Below, piece by piece: positions 51,444 to 64,000 of a stretch of 64,000 bases of DNA. The stretch covers positions 26,970,001-27,034,000 of the forward strand of contig NC_043004.1 of NCBI RefSeq assembly GCF_006345805.1. Direction: 5' to 3'. The notes under the pieces are model-generated. The model worked only from the letters and a program-made list of their open reading frames with translations, was not told the DNA's origin and searched no databases. Each line of letters begins with the position of its first letter. Positions within the stretch are counted from its first letter, which is position 1. The stretch comes from Octopus sinensis (lineage: Eukaryota). The translations under genes were made by a program, and so were the position numbers.

Positions 51444-51505
<62 letters not shown>

Positions 51506-51509
51506 CTCG

Positions 51510-51576
<67 letters not shown>

Positions 51577-51580
51577 CATC
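50415..51580. repeat. (TATC)n/(TACC)n compound array with higher-order units
   Basis: Marker TGCC at about 50533, 50661, 50860, 51007, 51153, 51353; CCCACATA switch motif four times. Confidence 0.95.
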
Positions 51581-53348
51581 TAACTTTAAAACTTTATAAC
51601 TTCACGGCTCTGAAATCTTCAAATTTTTTTGAGTTTCTTTGAGAATTCTGTGAGAGTTTTTGATATTTTATGCATTGTTCCAGAAACTTTTTCTTCGAGG
51701 GTTTTTTTTAAGTTTATTAAAGTCTATTAAAATCTCATCCTTTCATACTTATTCATTTTTTCAATTTTTACCATTTTTTTCATTTTTTACTTTCTCTTGT
51801 CTTGTTCATTATTACTTTTAACTTCTCTCATCTTAACTTCCTCTGATTTATTCAGATACAATAATTCACCCCCACCTCATTACCTTCTCAACCTCTCCTA
51901 CTAAAGGGCAGGTGTTACCCTGATTTTCTATACTAGACAGATTAAACTCTATAACGAAAGGTGTCGAGTTACTTTTGAGATGTGTGTGTGTGTGTGTGTG
52001 TGTGAGTATAAATACATGCATACATATGCATATTTATACACACACACACATACACACGCACACACAAAGGCCTGAGTGTGTGTATTATATTGTTCAATGA
52101 AAATTAGTAAACAAATAATGTTTCTTTAAAATTCACAATTCAAACTCACCAATAATGTCCTGTATTATTACCTGACCTCTCTTTGTAACATTTAGTTTAA
52201 ATAAGTATGAAATAGGTCAGACCATAAGAAACCTTATAGTTTATTAAAGATGGTTTCTGCTTTTCTCTTCTCCTCTATTTCATTAATTGGATTATTCTAC
52301 ATTCAAAGCCAGATATTAGGTTTCCTCCTTCCTCTCAACTAAAATCCTTTTTTTTTTATCTTAGTCACTTTATTGATCCCAACGCCTTAAATACACAAAA
52401 CTCATATAAATAACTTAATAAACTTTATCATAACTTCATTTATTGGAATCTCTAAGCCATGTATTAAAAAATACAGACTCAGCTTTCCTCTCATTTCATG
52501 ATAAATTAGCCATTTGATATATGCCAGGAAAAACACACTCACTTCATATCTATCTGTCTCACCATCTGTCTATCTTTCTATCTTCACATCTCTCTCTTTT
52601 TCTTGGCACATAACTAAATCAATGTACTTTTCTTATATCTCTATATGTATGGCTGGGTTAACATACTGGCTCTCTATCTTTTTTCTCTCTCCTACCTAAA
52701 CTATCTTCTCCTCTTTATTTACTAACAATTCCTTAGTTTCTCTCTTCTTCTTCTTCTCTAATGAAACTTTTTGAAATTGGAACATAATAAGATTAGGCAA
52801 ATACTATAAAAAAAGACATCAATTCCTTTCTTCTTTGTTTCCTTCTTTGCACTCAAAACTTTATGAAATTCCAACATAATATCTCAAGGTAAACATTTAA
52901 TCTGAAATTTATGATTTGAAAGCAAAACTCCAGCCTTCTCAGACCCACAAGCTTACTGTCTTCTCTCTCTGCTTTTCCTATCTCTACTATAATGGCCTCT
53001 CCTCCTTGAATCTGGTGGGTCTTGTACCTTTTCCACTCAGACATCCTGACTCATCCATCTCTCCACCGCTCAGCACTCTTGGTGAGTCCAACCACTTCTT
53101 TCCCCACACTAACCACTCTGTTCAATCCGTCCGTCATCCCCCAGAACATCATCCCTCTGGAATCACCTCCAAACTTGTGCCTTACATGTAGGTGTTGACT
53201 CAAAACACTTTCTATGGAACATTAAAAATGTCAGTCTCACTAGTCTTGGAGGGGTCTGCAAAGATCATGAGCTCTACCTCTTCCTCCAGACACTGTGGTT
53301 AAAAAAGAAAGAATCACCTGAATTACTAAAAAAAATTCTTGAGTCATT

Positions 53349-56300
53349 TCATATATTTGTAAAACTCAGTATGTATGTGTGTGTGTAAACCTGCATAACT
53401 TCTGAAGTTTGCAACTGATTTTCTCCAAACTAGGAACATACATTACTTTTGTTCCAGAGATGGTTTTAGACTCTAAAAACTTTTCACATAATGAGTAATG
53501 GGGCCTCTCGAGGCAGTAAAACCCTCTTTTCTGTGGTACATATGACTACAGTGGAGAAAGGAGTTAAGTCTTTGTGATGTAACTTTCAAAAATTGATTGT
53601 GTCCCTTACATCCAGCATGATTAATCTGCTTAGGTGTTTTACTAGGTAACACCTTTTCCGATTACAAGGTAACACTTTTTCACGTTACTAAGTAGAACTT
53701 TTCCTGTGAATGTTTTTAATCTTTTTGTTTTTTATTGACATTTAATTATTAACATAGCAGTATTATCTTCATTCATTGTATGTATTTCTTAAAATTAGCT
53801 AAGATATTGATAGTGTCTACTCTTTTTTTTTTTGATTTTTCATTATTAACATACAATTGTCATCTTAGTTTATTGTATCACATTTCTTGTCATAATGTCT
53901 CCAAAGAAGAGATCCCCCACTGGTCGAAAAACAGCGGTAGCAGAGAAATTGAAAAGAAGGAGAGCAAATGAATTATCACAGGAGACTTCAATTAGACAAT
54001 CACAAAATGCTGCATGTACAGCTACTGCAAGAGCAATGGAAAGTGATGAGCAGCGTAGTATTTGCCTAGCCAAGAATACTGCATTAACAGTTTCAGCATG
54101 CTCTGAACAGAGTCAAGAACAGTGTTTTATCTACCATACAAGGTATGCTACAGCAACTGCTACTGCAAGAGCTGCAGAGATTGAAGAGCAATGTGCAATT
54201 CACCATACAAGCAATGCTGCAGCAACAGCTCCTGCAAGAGATGCAGATACCACAGAAGATCAACATAATCAGCTGGAAGATAATGTTTAGTGAATAGCTA
54301 CTGCACAGGGTATTTTAAGGCCATGCATTTTGCCATGGTCATTAAAAGCATTCCACTATGATCCTATTCTTAATTATGTTATCCACCCTGATATTAAAAC
54401 TGGCAATATGTCTACCACTTGCCAGTTTTGCTTTGCCAAAAAGGGGTCAGGAGAAACTTTTGGAACGTGTTGCTCCAATGGGAAGGTTAAATTATACCCC
54501 CTTGAAGATCCACCACAGTCATTGAAGCTTCTACTTACAGACACAACACCAGAATCAAAACATTTTCTGGGTGACATCCGAAAGTATAATTGTGCCTTCC
54601 AAATGATATCTTATTGGGGGCAAACATTGCCAGGGAAGGTGGATTTATACCTCTTTCAAAGTGCAGGGACAGGTGTATCACAGGATTGGATTACTCTAGC
54701 CTCTGGCAAATGAAGAGCCTCAGTTTCTTCAGCTGTACTTTGTCGACAACTATCAAGAACAGGCAGACAGGTGGAACTTTATTTCACCTGGTACAACATG
54801 GAGCTTACACTGAATCTTCAAGAAATGATACATGCAAAAAACAGCTATGTTCAGAGCTTCAAATACATCTTGAAAACAGCAAATTTTAATGTGATACTTA
54901 ATTTTGACCAAAGGTCATCTGGGGAACATGCAGGTTGCTATAATGCATCCACATGCAATGAAATTCCTGTAGTTTTCCATAGTGACCAGCACAAGAAAAG
55001 AGACACTGCTCTCAAGTATTGTCACAACACCCTACAACGGGAAGAAAGAACATGCATGAAAGAACCCAGGATGCTATGACACATGTGTGGTATTATGGCA
55101 GGCTTGACCTATTTATAACTTTCACTTGCAATCCAAAGTGGAATGAGATCGAGAATGAACCTTTCTCAGATCAAAAGGCCAAAGACAGACATAACCTCCT
55201 GGCTGGAGTCTTTTGGCTGAAGTTAATTAAACTCATGAACCTCATCAAGACAGGACAGATATTTGGACCTGTAAAATGTGACATGTACACAATTGAATGG
55301 CAAAAAAGAGGCCTTCCACATGCTCACATTCTGATTTGGCTATCAACAAAGATCAATTCCAATGACATTGACAAGATTATCTCTGCAGAGCTTCCAGATC
55401 CATCTACTGACAAGGAACTGTATGTGATAGTGAAGGCAAACACGGTACATGGGTTCAACCTAAACTTACCATGTTTGAAACACAACGTATGCACCAAAAG
55501 GTTTCCCAGGCAGTACCTTCATGAAACCCAGACTGGTGACGATAGGTATCCATCATACAGACCAAGGAAACCAGAAGATAGAGGATTTACAGCAAAGATT
55601 GGTCAATGCAAGGTTGACAACAGATGGATAGTCTCGTAGTGTCCACTACTATTAAAGATATTCAACACCCATATCAATGTTAAGTTCTGCAACTCTGTGA
55701 ATATTGACGATTGCCTTGGCAGGGTTTACACAGTGCATCCCAGCCAACATGAATGTTTCTATTTCTGTCTGCTACTGCATGAGGTCAGAAGACCAACGTG
55801 TTTCCAAGACCTAAAAACTGTTGATAGACAAGTTTGTGCTACGTATAGTGAAGCCTGCTTTAAGCATGTACTGCTAGAAGATAGTGCACAGAGGGATGCA
55901 ACTTTGGTAGAGACTGCTGTATCACAGTTACCTAGAAGTCTCAGGGCACTATTTGCAGTATTATTACAAACATGTGAACTGTGTGATCCTGCCTCTTTGT
56001 GGCTCAAGTATAGAGATGACCTGTCTGAAGATTTGAAACTTCAAGCACAATTACAGTTCCCTGTCGTGGAAGTAGGTTTCAGTTATGAAGTTTACAACAG
56101 AGCACTAATTAACATAGAAGTCAAGATTGTTTTAATGAGTGGAAATGCTTGACCTACATATGGCCTGCCCCAAACCTACCTGATAGGGTCAAACTCCCTT
56201 CCTACAGATACCCTACAAGAAATATCCTATGACACTGGTGCTCTTGCCAGATATGTCAGTAAAATTGGGCCAAAACTGCTTCTGGACCAGCAAAGCAATT

Positions 56301-58319
56301 ACAACACTATTGTTTACTGTGTTGACTGAAAAGGAGGCATCTTTTTTTGTGGATGCACCTACAGGGACAGGAAAAGTATTTGTGACAAAACTTCTTCTCA
56401 CTCAGGTTAGGCAGCACAAGGGTATCACATTAACTGTGGAATCCTCTAGGATTGCAGCAACTTTGCTGCCTGGTGGCAGGACAGCATACTCAACCTTTAA
56501 GCTTCCTCTGAATTTAGCAACATCTGACATACCTACTTGCAACAGCAGCAAGAGCTCAGACAAGGCACAAGTGCTAAGAAGGTGCCAGCTCATTGTGTGA
56601 GATGAGTGCACCATGGCACACAAAGGAGCTCTTAAAGCACTTGATAAAACCTTACAAGACATCAGAAACTCTCAGGATCCAGTGGGAGGTGTTACTTTCC
56701 TGTTGTCTGGAGATTTCAGCAGACCTTTCCAGTTATTCCCAAAGGAACCAGGGCAGATGAAGTCCGAGCATGTCTTAAGTCCTCTCTATTGTGTCACCAG
56801 GTCACAACATTGAGTCTTAACACCTACATGAAAGGTGAACTGTAAAGCAGCCAACTGTCAGCAAAATTTGCTAAGGACATTTTGACACTTGGAGATGGCA
56901 AGATACCTCTTGATGCAGGTGGAGAAATGCCATTCAGCCCACTTTGCACCATTGATGATACTGTTGCTCATAAAGCCCCAATGTTTCCAAATCTGAAGGA
57001 CGTTTATCACAATCTCAATTGGTTGTGTGAAAGAGCAATACTGGCTCCAAAAAAACAGCACTGTAAGTAAAATTAATGAGCAGCTGCTGCAGTACCTTCC
57101 TGAAAGTCCTCACATTTATAAGTCAGTTGATACAATCCAAGATCCAGAAGAGGTGATAAATTATCCAACAGAATTTCCCAATTTATTGGAGCCTCCGGGA
57201 CTACCTCCCCCACAGATTGGAACTCCAGTAATGCTATTGAAGAATTTGGATCCACCAACACTCTGCGATGGGACATGCCTGGTGGTAAAGAAGATGATGG
57301 GTGTGGAAAAGGCGAGGATGCTTTCACACCCAGGATTCCTCTCATTCCATTGGGAGCAGAAATTTCTTTTTCATTCAGAAAAGTGCAATTTCCTATTTGC
57401 ATCAGCTTTGCAATATCTATAAATAAATCCCAGGGTCTGGGATTTATTTATAGATATTGTGATAGAACTTCACTTGGAAGCATCGTGCTTCTCACACATG
57501 CAATTATATGTTGGCTGCTCTAGAGTGGGAAGCAAAAAAATCCATTTGCATTTGTTTCACAAAGGAAAATAAAGAATATTGTTTACCAAGAGGTTTTGTA
57601 GAAATTACTACATCCTACAATGCACTCCAGTATCCACTGCTCTGTCTGAATGGTGAAGACTGCTACCATTTTGGCATTGCACAGCATAATACCAACAAAC
57701 CTGAAGACTGCACCAACAAAGCAGTTTCCTGCATGGACTTCAGTATCAAAGCCTATTTTCCCATTACTCCCAGTTACAACCATATGATAAGCCATTACGC
57801 CTTATTTTTTCAAGTAATTCATTACTACATATTCTCATGTAACTGCATTGGTTCAGTTTATGTTTCGTATTCTACAACCACACCAGCAATCCACTATCAA
57901 CCCTTCGCCTTTTGCAACAGTTCACTTCCCCTCTGCCATCTCCCATTACAACCTCCTTCTGGAATGTACCCATTTAGGTACAATATCTCCATTACATCTA
58001 CATTTGTTTGATTGTCAACCATATGGTGAGTCATGGTAGCTGTAGCGCTGACTGCCACAAAGGAGAGTATATCCACTGACAGCTTTTCGGTGTGTTCAAA
58101 AATTACATACCTCGCCACCCCCAATTTTCCATGACAGGTTAGGGCCTAGAATACTCCAAACGGATGCATGACATGCAGCTTAGTTGAATTAGCCCATCGT
58201 TTACTCCACAAATGCGTTGTCATCAATATTGCACTTCCCATATCGCATGTTTCAACCTGACTAATATATATACAAACTATACCATTTTAATCCCAAGCAA
58301 CACTGAGTATTTTTGCTAG
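53349..58319 (+). mobile_element. degenerate near-full-length Helitron
   Basis: Probable 5' TC near 53349 (approximate); 3' CCCAAGCAACACTGAGTATTTTTG-CTAG|T at 58319; encloses Rep-helicase fragments. Confidence 0.88.
53895..57601 (+). pseudogene. Helitron Rep (HUH) - Pif1-like helicase, many frameshifts and stops
   Basis: TTCQFCFAKK..GETFGTCCSNGKV, LFITFTCNPKW, YTIEWQKRGLPHAHILIW, VDNRWIV, FFVDAPTGTGK, GDFSR, PVMLLKNLDPP.LCDGT, FAISINKSQG, YVGCSRVG, terminal KNIVYQEVL*. Confidence 0.95.
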
Positions 58320-58387
58320 TATTTGATAAAAGTAAATATTGGATTCTGTTGTGTCTGGGGAGAGTCATTTTCTTTTTGTGCCTTATA

Positions 58388-58754
58388 ATTTGGTTTGCAA
58401 GATTCTTTATATGAGTTCGTGTGTTGAAGCATATTCTATTGTGTCTGGGGAGAGTCATTTTCTTTTTGTGCCTTATAATGTAACACACTCACAGGTAAAA
58501 TTTCCACTTATTATTTTTATTTTCCAAAAATTTTCGTTGTGTGTTGCAACCTTTTCAATAGTTTTGCGAGTCAAAACTATTGAAAAGGTTGCAACATACA
58601 ACGAAAATTTTTGGAAAATAAAAATAAGAAATAAGTGGAAATTTTACCGGTGAGTGTATTACATTATAAGGCACAAAAAGAAAATGACTCTCCCCAGACA
58701 CAATAGAATATGCTTCAACACACGAACTCATATAAAGAATCTTGCAAACCAAAT
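58388..58754. repeat. near-perfect foldback (arms 179/183 bp, 5-nt loop CGAGT)
   Basis: Three substitutions and one 4-nt indel between the arms; a 41-bp direct repeat precedes the left arm. Confidence 0.95.
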
Positions 58755-60619
58755 CCCAAAACAAAATTTAATAAGTGAACATTTGCTTAAAATTATCATA
58801 ACACAAACGGCCTTTTGTAATGAAATAGATGTGTACGAGTGTGTGTGCAACTGCACGTGCATACGTGAGTGTGTGTGTAAGTGTGTGCATGTGTGAGTGT
58901 GTGTGCATTAAACTTTGTCAAATGGAAACTGAGGTTTACTCCATAACTCTTCTAAAGTTCCTAAAATTATCATATTCCTAATATTTTCAAAATATGATAG
59001 CATTAGAAAACTCTAGCAGCAGAATAAGATCTGGCCTTCATGACACTTGGCTGCTGGAGAACAGTTGTGCTAATGACATCTATTTAGACAGAAATGTGTC
59101 TACTACTGTCTTCATATCTTCAGAAAATAAGCCTATCAGTTTCTTTAATGGCATATGAACTTTGGAGAATTTTTGATTCTTGACAATATCACTCCTTATA
59201 TGGAGCTGGTTTTAATTGCCTGTTGGCAATTATGACACATACCCTAGAGGCAGAGATAATTTTAACAAATCAAGACTTTATACTGTAAGGTATTTGATAT
59301 ACTTGCATTTCTCTATGCTGTTCATATAGATGCCATTAGCCACTTTGAATCATGTTTTTTAGTGAACTTTTGATTAAATCAAAAAGAAGACAGCATGAGG
59401 AGGACAAGTTTTAACAACTATTGTATCAATATTAATCTTAAAAAGAATCAGTTGACATTTTGGATGCTGGTCCTTCATCAGATAACTAGAACAATGAGCA
59501 AAGCTGGTGGAGGAAAATAAAAAGAATAAAAAAGGTGATTGAATAAAAAGGGGATGGTTAGGGGCCAAGTTAGGATGCAGTTTTATGGGGTAAGTTAGGA
59601 AGGAGGAGGTAGTGTGGTATGCACATGTATAGGAGGAGGTCTGCATAGAGATGGACATAAGGAGATGTGTGTGGTGTTATGGGGAGCATGTAGTTTGGGA
59701 GTGTAGATATGTGGAAGTATGTGAGTACAGGAGTTTAGTGATGTAGGATAGTAGGAGTATGGGAGGATGGTGCATAGGCGATACTGCATTGTATGAGAGG
59801 AAGGTGTTAAGATGAGAAGGATGTGACAGGCATGAGGATGAGGTGAAAGAGAAGGTAAGAGGAATCGACATTTAAGAAAAGACATTGATGAAATACTCTG
59901 AATACTGGAGATATTTTTAAAAATGGTAAAAACTGTGGATTATGTAACAGGTGCAATGTCCGGAAAGTTGATAAAAGAAGAATCAAAAAATAGGTAAGAG
60001 AAAGCTGTTGGAGAAAAACAAAGTGGGAAACAATTTCTCTACAAAAGGTCAAAATACATATGGCATGCTCACTGGATGCTGCCACTGCTGAGGATTTTTG
60101 TTTCTCTTTGATGTTAATATTTTAACACAGCAAGTCCATAAGAGATGTTATTTCAGGACAAACATGGAAGTAACTAGGCTATAGACAGAGGGTATACATT
60201 AGGTATGGCTATTTTAATGAAATACTGCTTTGAATGTGTATACTGGCTCCCAATCAGCTAGGTGGCTATTTGCAACATTAATGGATGATTTGTTCGCTTT
60301 TTTCCTATAACAGAGCAAGTTCAGGAGAGATGATATCTCAGGTCAAATACTACAGACTGTATTAATCATGATACATAGATGGCTATTTCAGTTTAATTGT
60401 TTTTATTTCTATCAGATCCGTTAGGCAGATAAAATTCTAACACAAGAAATTAAAAGAACTAGCAGTCTTTGTTGCTTGTGTGTACAACACAATGATTTAG
60501 AAATTGCAAACTTTCTAAATGATGCAAGATCTTTTTTGAATACAAAGTTGGAATTAGAAGCCACTGGAAGAAATATTTCAATTGTGTCAAAGAGGAAAAC
60601 CATTCTAAATATTTGAACT

Positions 60620-61450
60620 CTATTAGAATTCTGCACATAACACATTCAAAACATTATTGATTACGAACCTGAAAAATCAATGAAGGCCATCACCAAAGAA
60701 GTTTAGGTGACAGAGAAGACTATCATAACTATGGTGCATGAGAACATTTAATACTAGTCATATGGACTGAGGAAAGTTCAGTTTAAGTCTACAAAGACAA
60801 GAAATCCGTTTGATTCAAGCCAAGAGATTATTTACAGTTAAAAGAAATTACAAACATGGCTTGCTTTGGTTCTTCTGTGATGACAAAAAGTTTAACAGAA
60901 AAGATGACAGATGATAATGTGCAGATCCTTCTGAAGTCACCATAGTGATTCACATTAACTTTCCAGCAACTGTGATGGTTTTAGGAGTGTTGAGTAAAGA
61001 AGGTCACCGTGCCACCTTGCATCTTTCCACAGGGTCTTAGAATTAATGCTACTGGATATGTTGAGGTACTGGTGACAATTGTCTGGCCCTGGATGTAGGC
61101 AGTGGAAGGCCAGACATGTTTCAATTAGACTCAACACTTCACAAAAAAACCCCATAACCTAAGAATAGATGCCATACAATATCTATATCATGTAGCACAA
61201 GAACTTTCTCAGATTTTGAATCCCATGGACTACTACATTTGGACCGTTGTTAAAAGGGAGATTAATTAACATGCTCACAATACCATATTTTATTGATGTC
61301 TGCCATTGTCCTGGTGATGTCCAAAATGAATAGGAGTCACTTAATGCAGACATGTCAATCATTCTGGTGCTACATTTAAGTAGTCATCAAGGCTGAAGGT
61401 AGATTCATAAAATAATTCTTATAAGAAAGCTTACTAAGAACATGTACGCA
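60620..61450 (+). pseudogene. maT/DD37D-like Tc1/mariner transposase remnant
   Basis: LLWFFCDDKKF, NFPATVMVLGVLSKEG, QGLRINATGYVEVL and SDFESH/DYYIW-like motifs, with frameshifts. Confidence 0.75.
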
Positions 61451-61559
61451 AATTTCTATAAACATACATTTGGTTTTGCTAGATTAGAGTTGTTTTATTA
61501 TATTACCCAATATGTCCTCAATTACCTCTCACATTTTGTACACACACACACACACACAC

Positions 61560-62430
61560 ATCATCATCATCATCATCATCGTTTAACGTCCGTTTTCCAT
61601 GCTAGCATGGCTTGGATGGTTTGACCGGGGTCTGGGAAGCCAGGAGGCTGCACCAGGCTCCAGTCTGATCTGGCAGTTTTTCTACAGCTGGATGCCCTTC
61701 CTAATGCCAACAACTCCGTGAGTGTAGTAGGTGCTTTTAACATGCCACCAGCACATGTACCAGGGGAGGCTGGCAACGGCCACAATCAGTTGGCGCTTTT
61801 TACATGCCACCGGCACAGAAGCCAGTCAAGGCAGAGCTGGCATTGGCCACATTCAGATGGTGCTTTCTACGTGCCACCGACACAGGTATCACAACAACAA
61901 TTTCCATTTGATTTTTTTTATGTTGATGTACTTGACTTAATAGGTCTCCTCAAGCACAGCAGGTTGCCTTACAATTCAAGGTAAGCACAGCAGGCCGTCT
62001 TGTGATCCAAGGTACTTTCGATGGCCTGGGGCTTCTATGTGAAGCTGGTGCAGGAAGCAGCCATTAACTCACGTTATTTGTTGGGTCTTTGCAGTCACAG
62101 GATATCTCCAGAGGTTTCGATCTTTTGTCATTGCCTCTGTGAGGCCCAACGTTCAAAGGTCATGCTTGACCACCTCATCCCATGTCTTCCTGGGTCTACC
62201 TCTACCCCAGATTCCTTCAACTGTTTGGGAGTGGCACTTCTTCACACATCTCTTCCTCATCCATCCATAGTACATAACCATACCAGCGCAAACATCTCTC
62301 TTCTTGCACGCCACATCCAATGCTTCTTATGTCCAGCATTTCTCTCAGGGCGCTAACACTCTGTCGTGTGTGCACACTGACATTACACATCCAGCAGATC
62401 ATGCTAGCTTCATGTCTTTCAAGCCTACAT
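61560..62430 (-). mobile_element. RTE LINE 3' fragment with complete 3' UTR and (GAT)n tail
   Basis: MICWMCNVSVHTRQSVSALREMLDIRSIGCGVQERCLRWYGYV, then UTR and tail. Confidence 0.9.
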
Positions 62431-63330
62431 GTGCATAAATATATATTTACATATTACTGATCAAATTGCTTAACTATTAAACTAAACTGCATTTCCCCAT
62501 CTCCCTTCACACATACACACACACACAAATGCATTTATGCATGTATATATAATTTACTGTACTTACTTGAATATGCAGCCACTCTTTCAATGTTTTATCG
62601 GGAAACACTGTTTCCCTAATGTATTCCATTGGGGAGAGATGTCAACCACCAGCTATTAACTTATTCAGTTCACCATCATTTCCTTACAATCTATTCAAAT
62701 TCCCAGTTTATCCAATTTACAGAACACATAACTAAATTTCTTATTGATTAAATCAACCTAAATCGTGTCCTTATTTCATATAGAAGTAGTAGTGGGCTGA
62801 GGCGACTTGACACAAAAGGGTAGGGTAATTTAGTTTTCTCTGTGTATGTATGAGTGTGTGCATGTGTGTATGTATGGGTCTTTGTACATATGTAGAGATC
62901 TGTATTTGCATATGTTTTTGTACATGCATGTATATAAATGTGTGTGTGGTGTGTGTGTGTGTGTCTGCATGTACTAGCCTCTTTTAAGTTCTTCCCATAT
63001 AATTTTCATGGGTTTTTAGTTCAAATTATATTTTTATATTTTTATCAAAACAATTTGTAACTTTTGGGGTTTTGTACATAAAGAAACATGTACGTTTAGA
63101 AATGTATATGTATGTACATTTATACTTATACCTACAGACTCATTATATATATATATATGATGATGATTTATGTGTGCATGTAATATGTATGTTATACATA
63201 AATTTATATATATGTATATGTACATATGTATACACATGTACACACACACAAACATATATATAGTATATAGATAGATAGATGGATAAATAGATAGAGAGAG
63301 AGAGAGAGAGAGAGAATATGTGTGTGTGTA

Positions 63331-63361
<31 letters not shown>

Positions 63362-64000
63362 ATGTGTGTGTGAAAGAGACATACATACTTAAATATAACT
63401 TCAGGTATAATGTACATGTACATATACACACACACACATGTATGTACACAGAAAAACACTTAAACAAAATTTTAAAAATACAATTTTATTTTAACCAACA
63501 CCGATATCAATATCAATCACATTAAGGAACTCATTATTATTCATTGATAATTCCTTCTATATTAAGAAAGGTGAAAATCTTTGTGGTGTTTCTGTTAATA
63601 GCTAAAACAGAGTAGATATTTCAGACTTGATATTACAGTCTAGGGATACTACAAAATAGAGCAATATATATTTGCAGGGAACTTTACAGAGAAGAAAAAC
63701 TTGCTGTATTCTTTAACACAAATAGACTTAACTTGGGCAAATTTTAGAAAGACACTAATAAGCAGTTTTAAAGAATTTCATTTTGAAATCTGAGGGTTGT
63801 AAAATTCTTGGATGCAACACTATGCAAAAACACAGGCAAATTATTCTCCTAATCTAAAACTCAGTGAAGAACAATGTATGTAACCACCTGTCCATGATCA
63901 TACAAAATAATAGTATTTATCTAATGTTTGAACAAAGAAATATTTTATAAATTTACTTCATACAACAACAGAATTCTAGCTAACAATCATTTTTAATGAT

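Noticed and set aside
50342-51583. 413-aa ORF (LSIY/LPTY repeats)
   Set aside because: Translation of a TATC/TACC array that cannot contain stops in that frame.

Overview
AT-rich eukaryotic DNA saturated with microsatellites and decayed transposons. The SINE and RTE repeat families look like those of an octopus genome (inference from pattern recognition, not a database search). No long intact ORF exists; every long entry in the ORF track is a microsatellite or a broken transposon. The window appears to be mostly intronic sequence of an unidentified minus-strand gene, with phase-compatible exon candidates at 33.4, 32.2, 31.6, 29.0 and 23.7 kb. Mobile elements: a 5'-truncated, internally deleted Penelope-like element (12.1-15.55 kb), a second Penelope endonuclease fragment, a degenerate near-full-length Helitron (53.3-58.3 kb) with non-autonomous relatives, a full-length mariner with TIRs, other Tc1/mariner remnants, MITEs, RTE and CR1 LINE fragments, and tRNA-derived SINEs. 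The most notable signal is a set of minimal type-I hammerhead-ribozyme-like motifs (five clear, two partial, three weak) in several different repeat families. One sits in a tRNA-headed SINE and others in or beside long foldback palindromes, suggesting a community of hammerhead-bearing non-autonomous elements that may be mobilised by Penelope-like retrotransposons.
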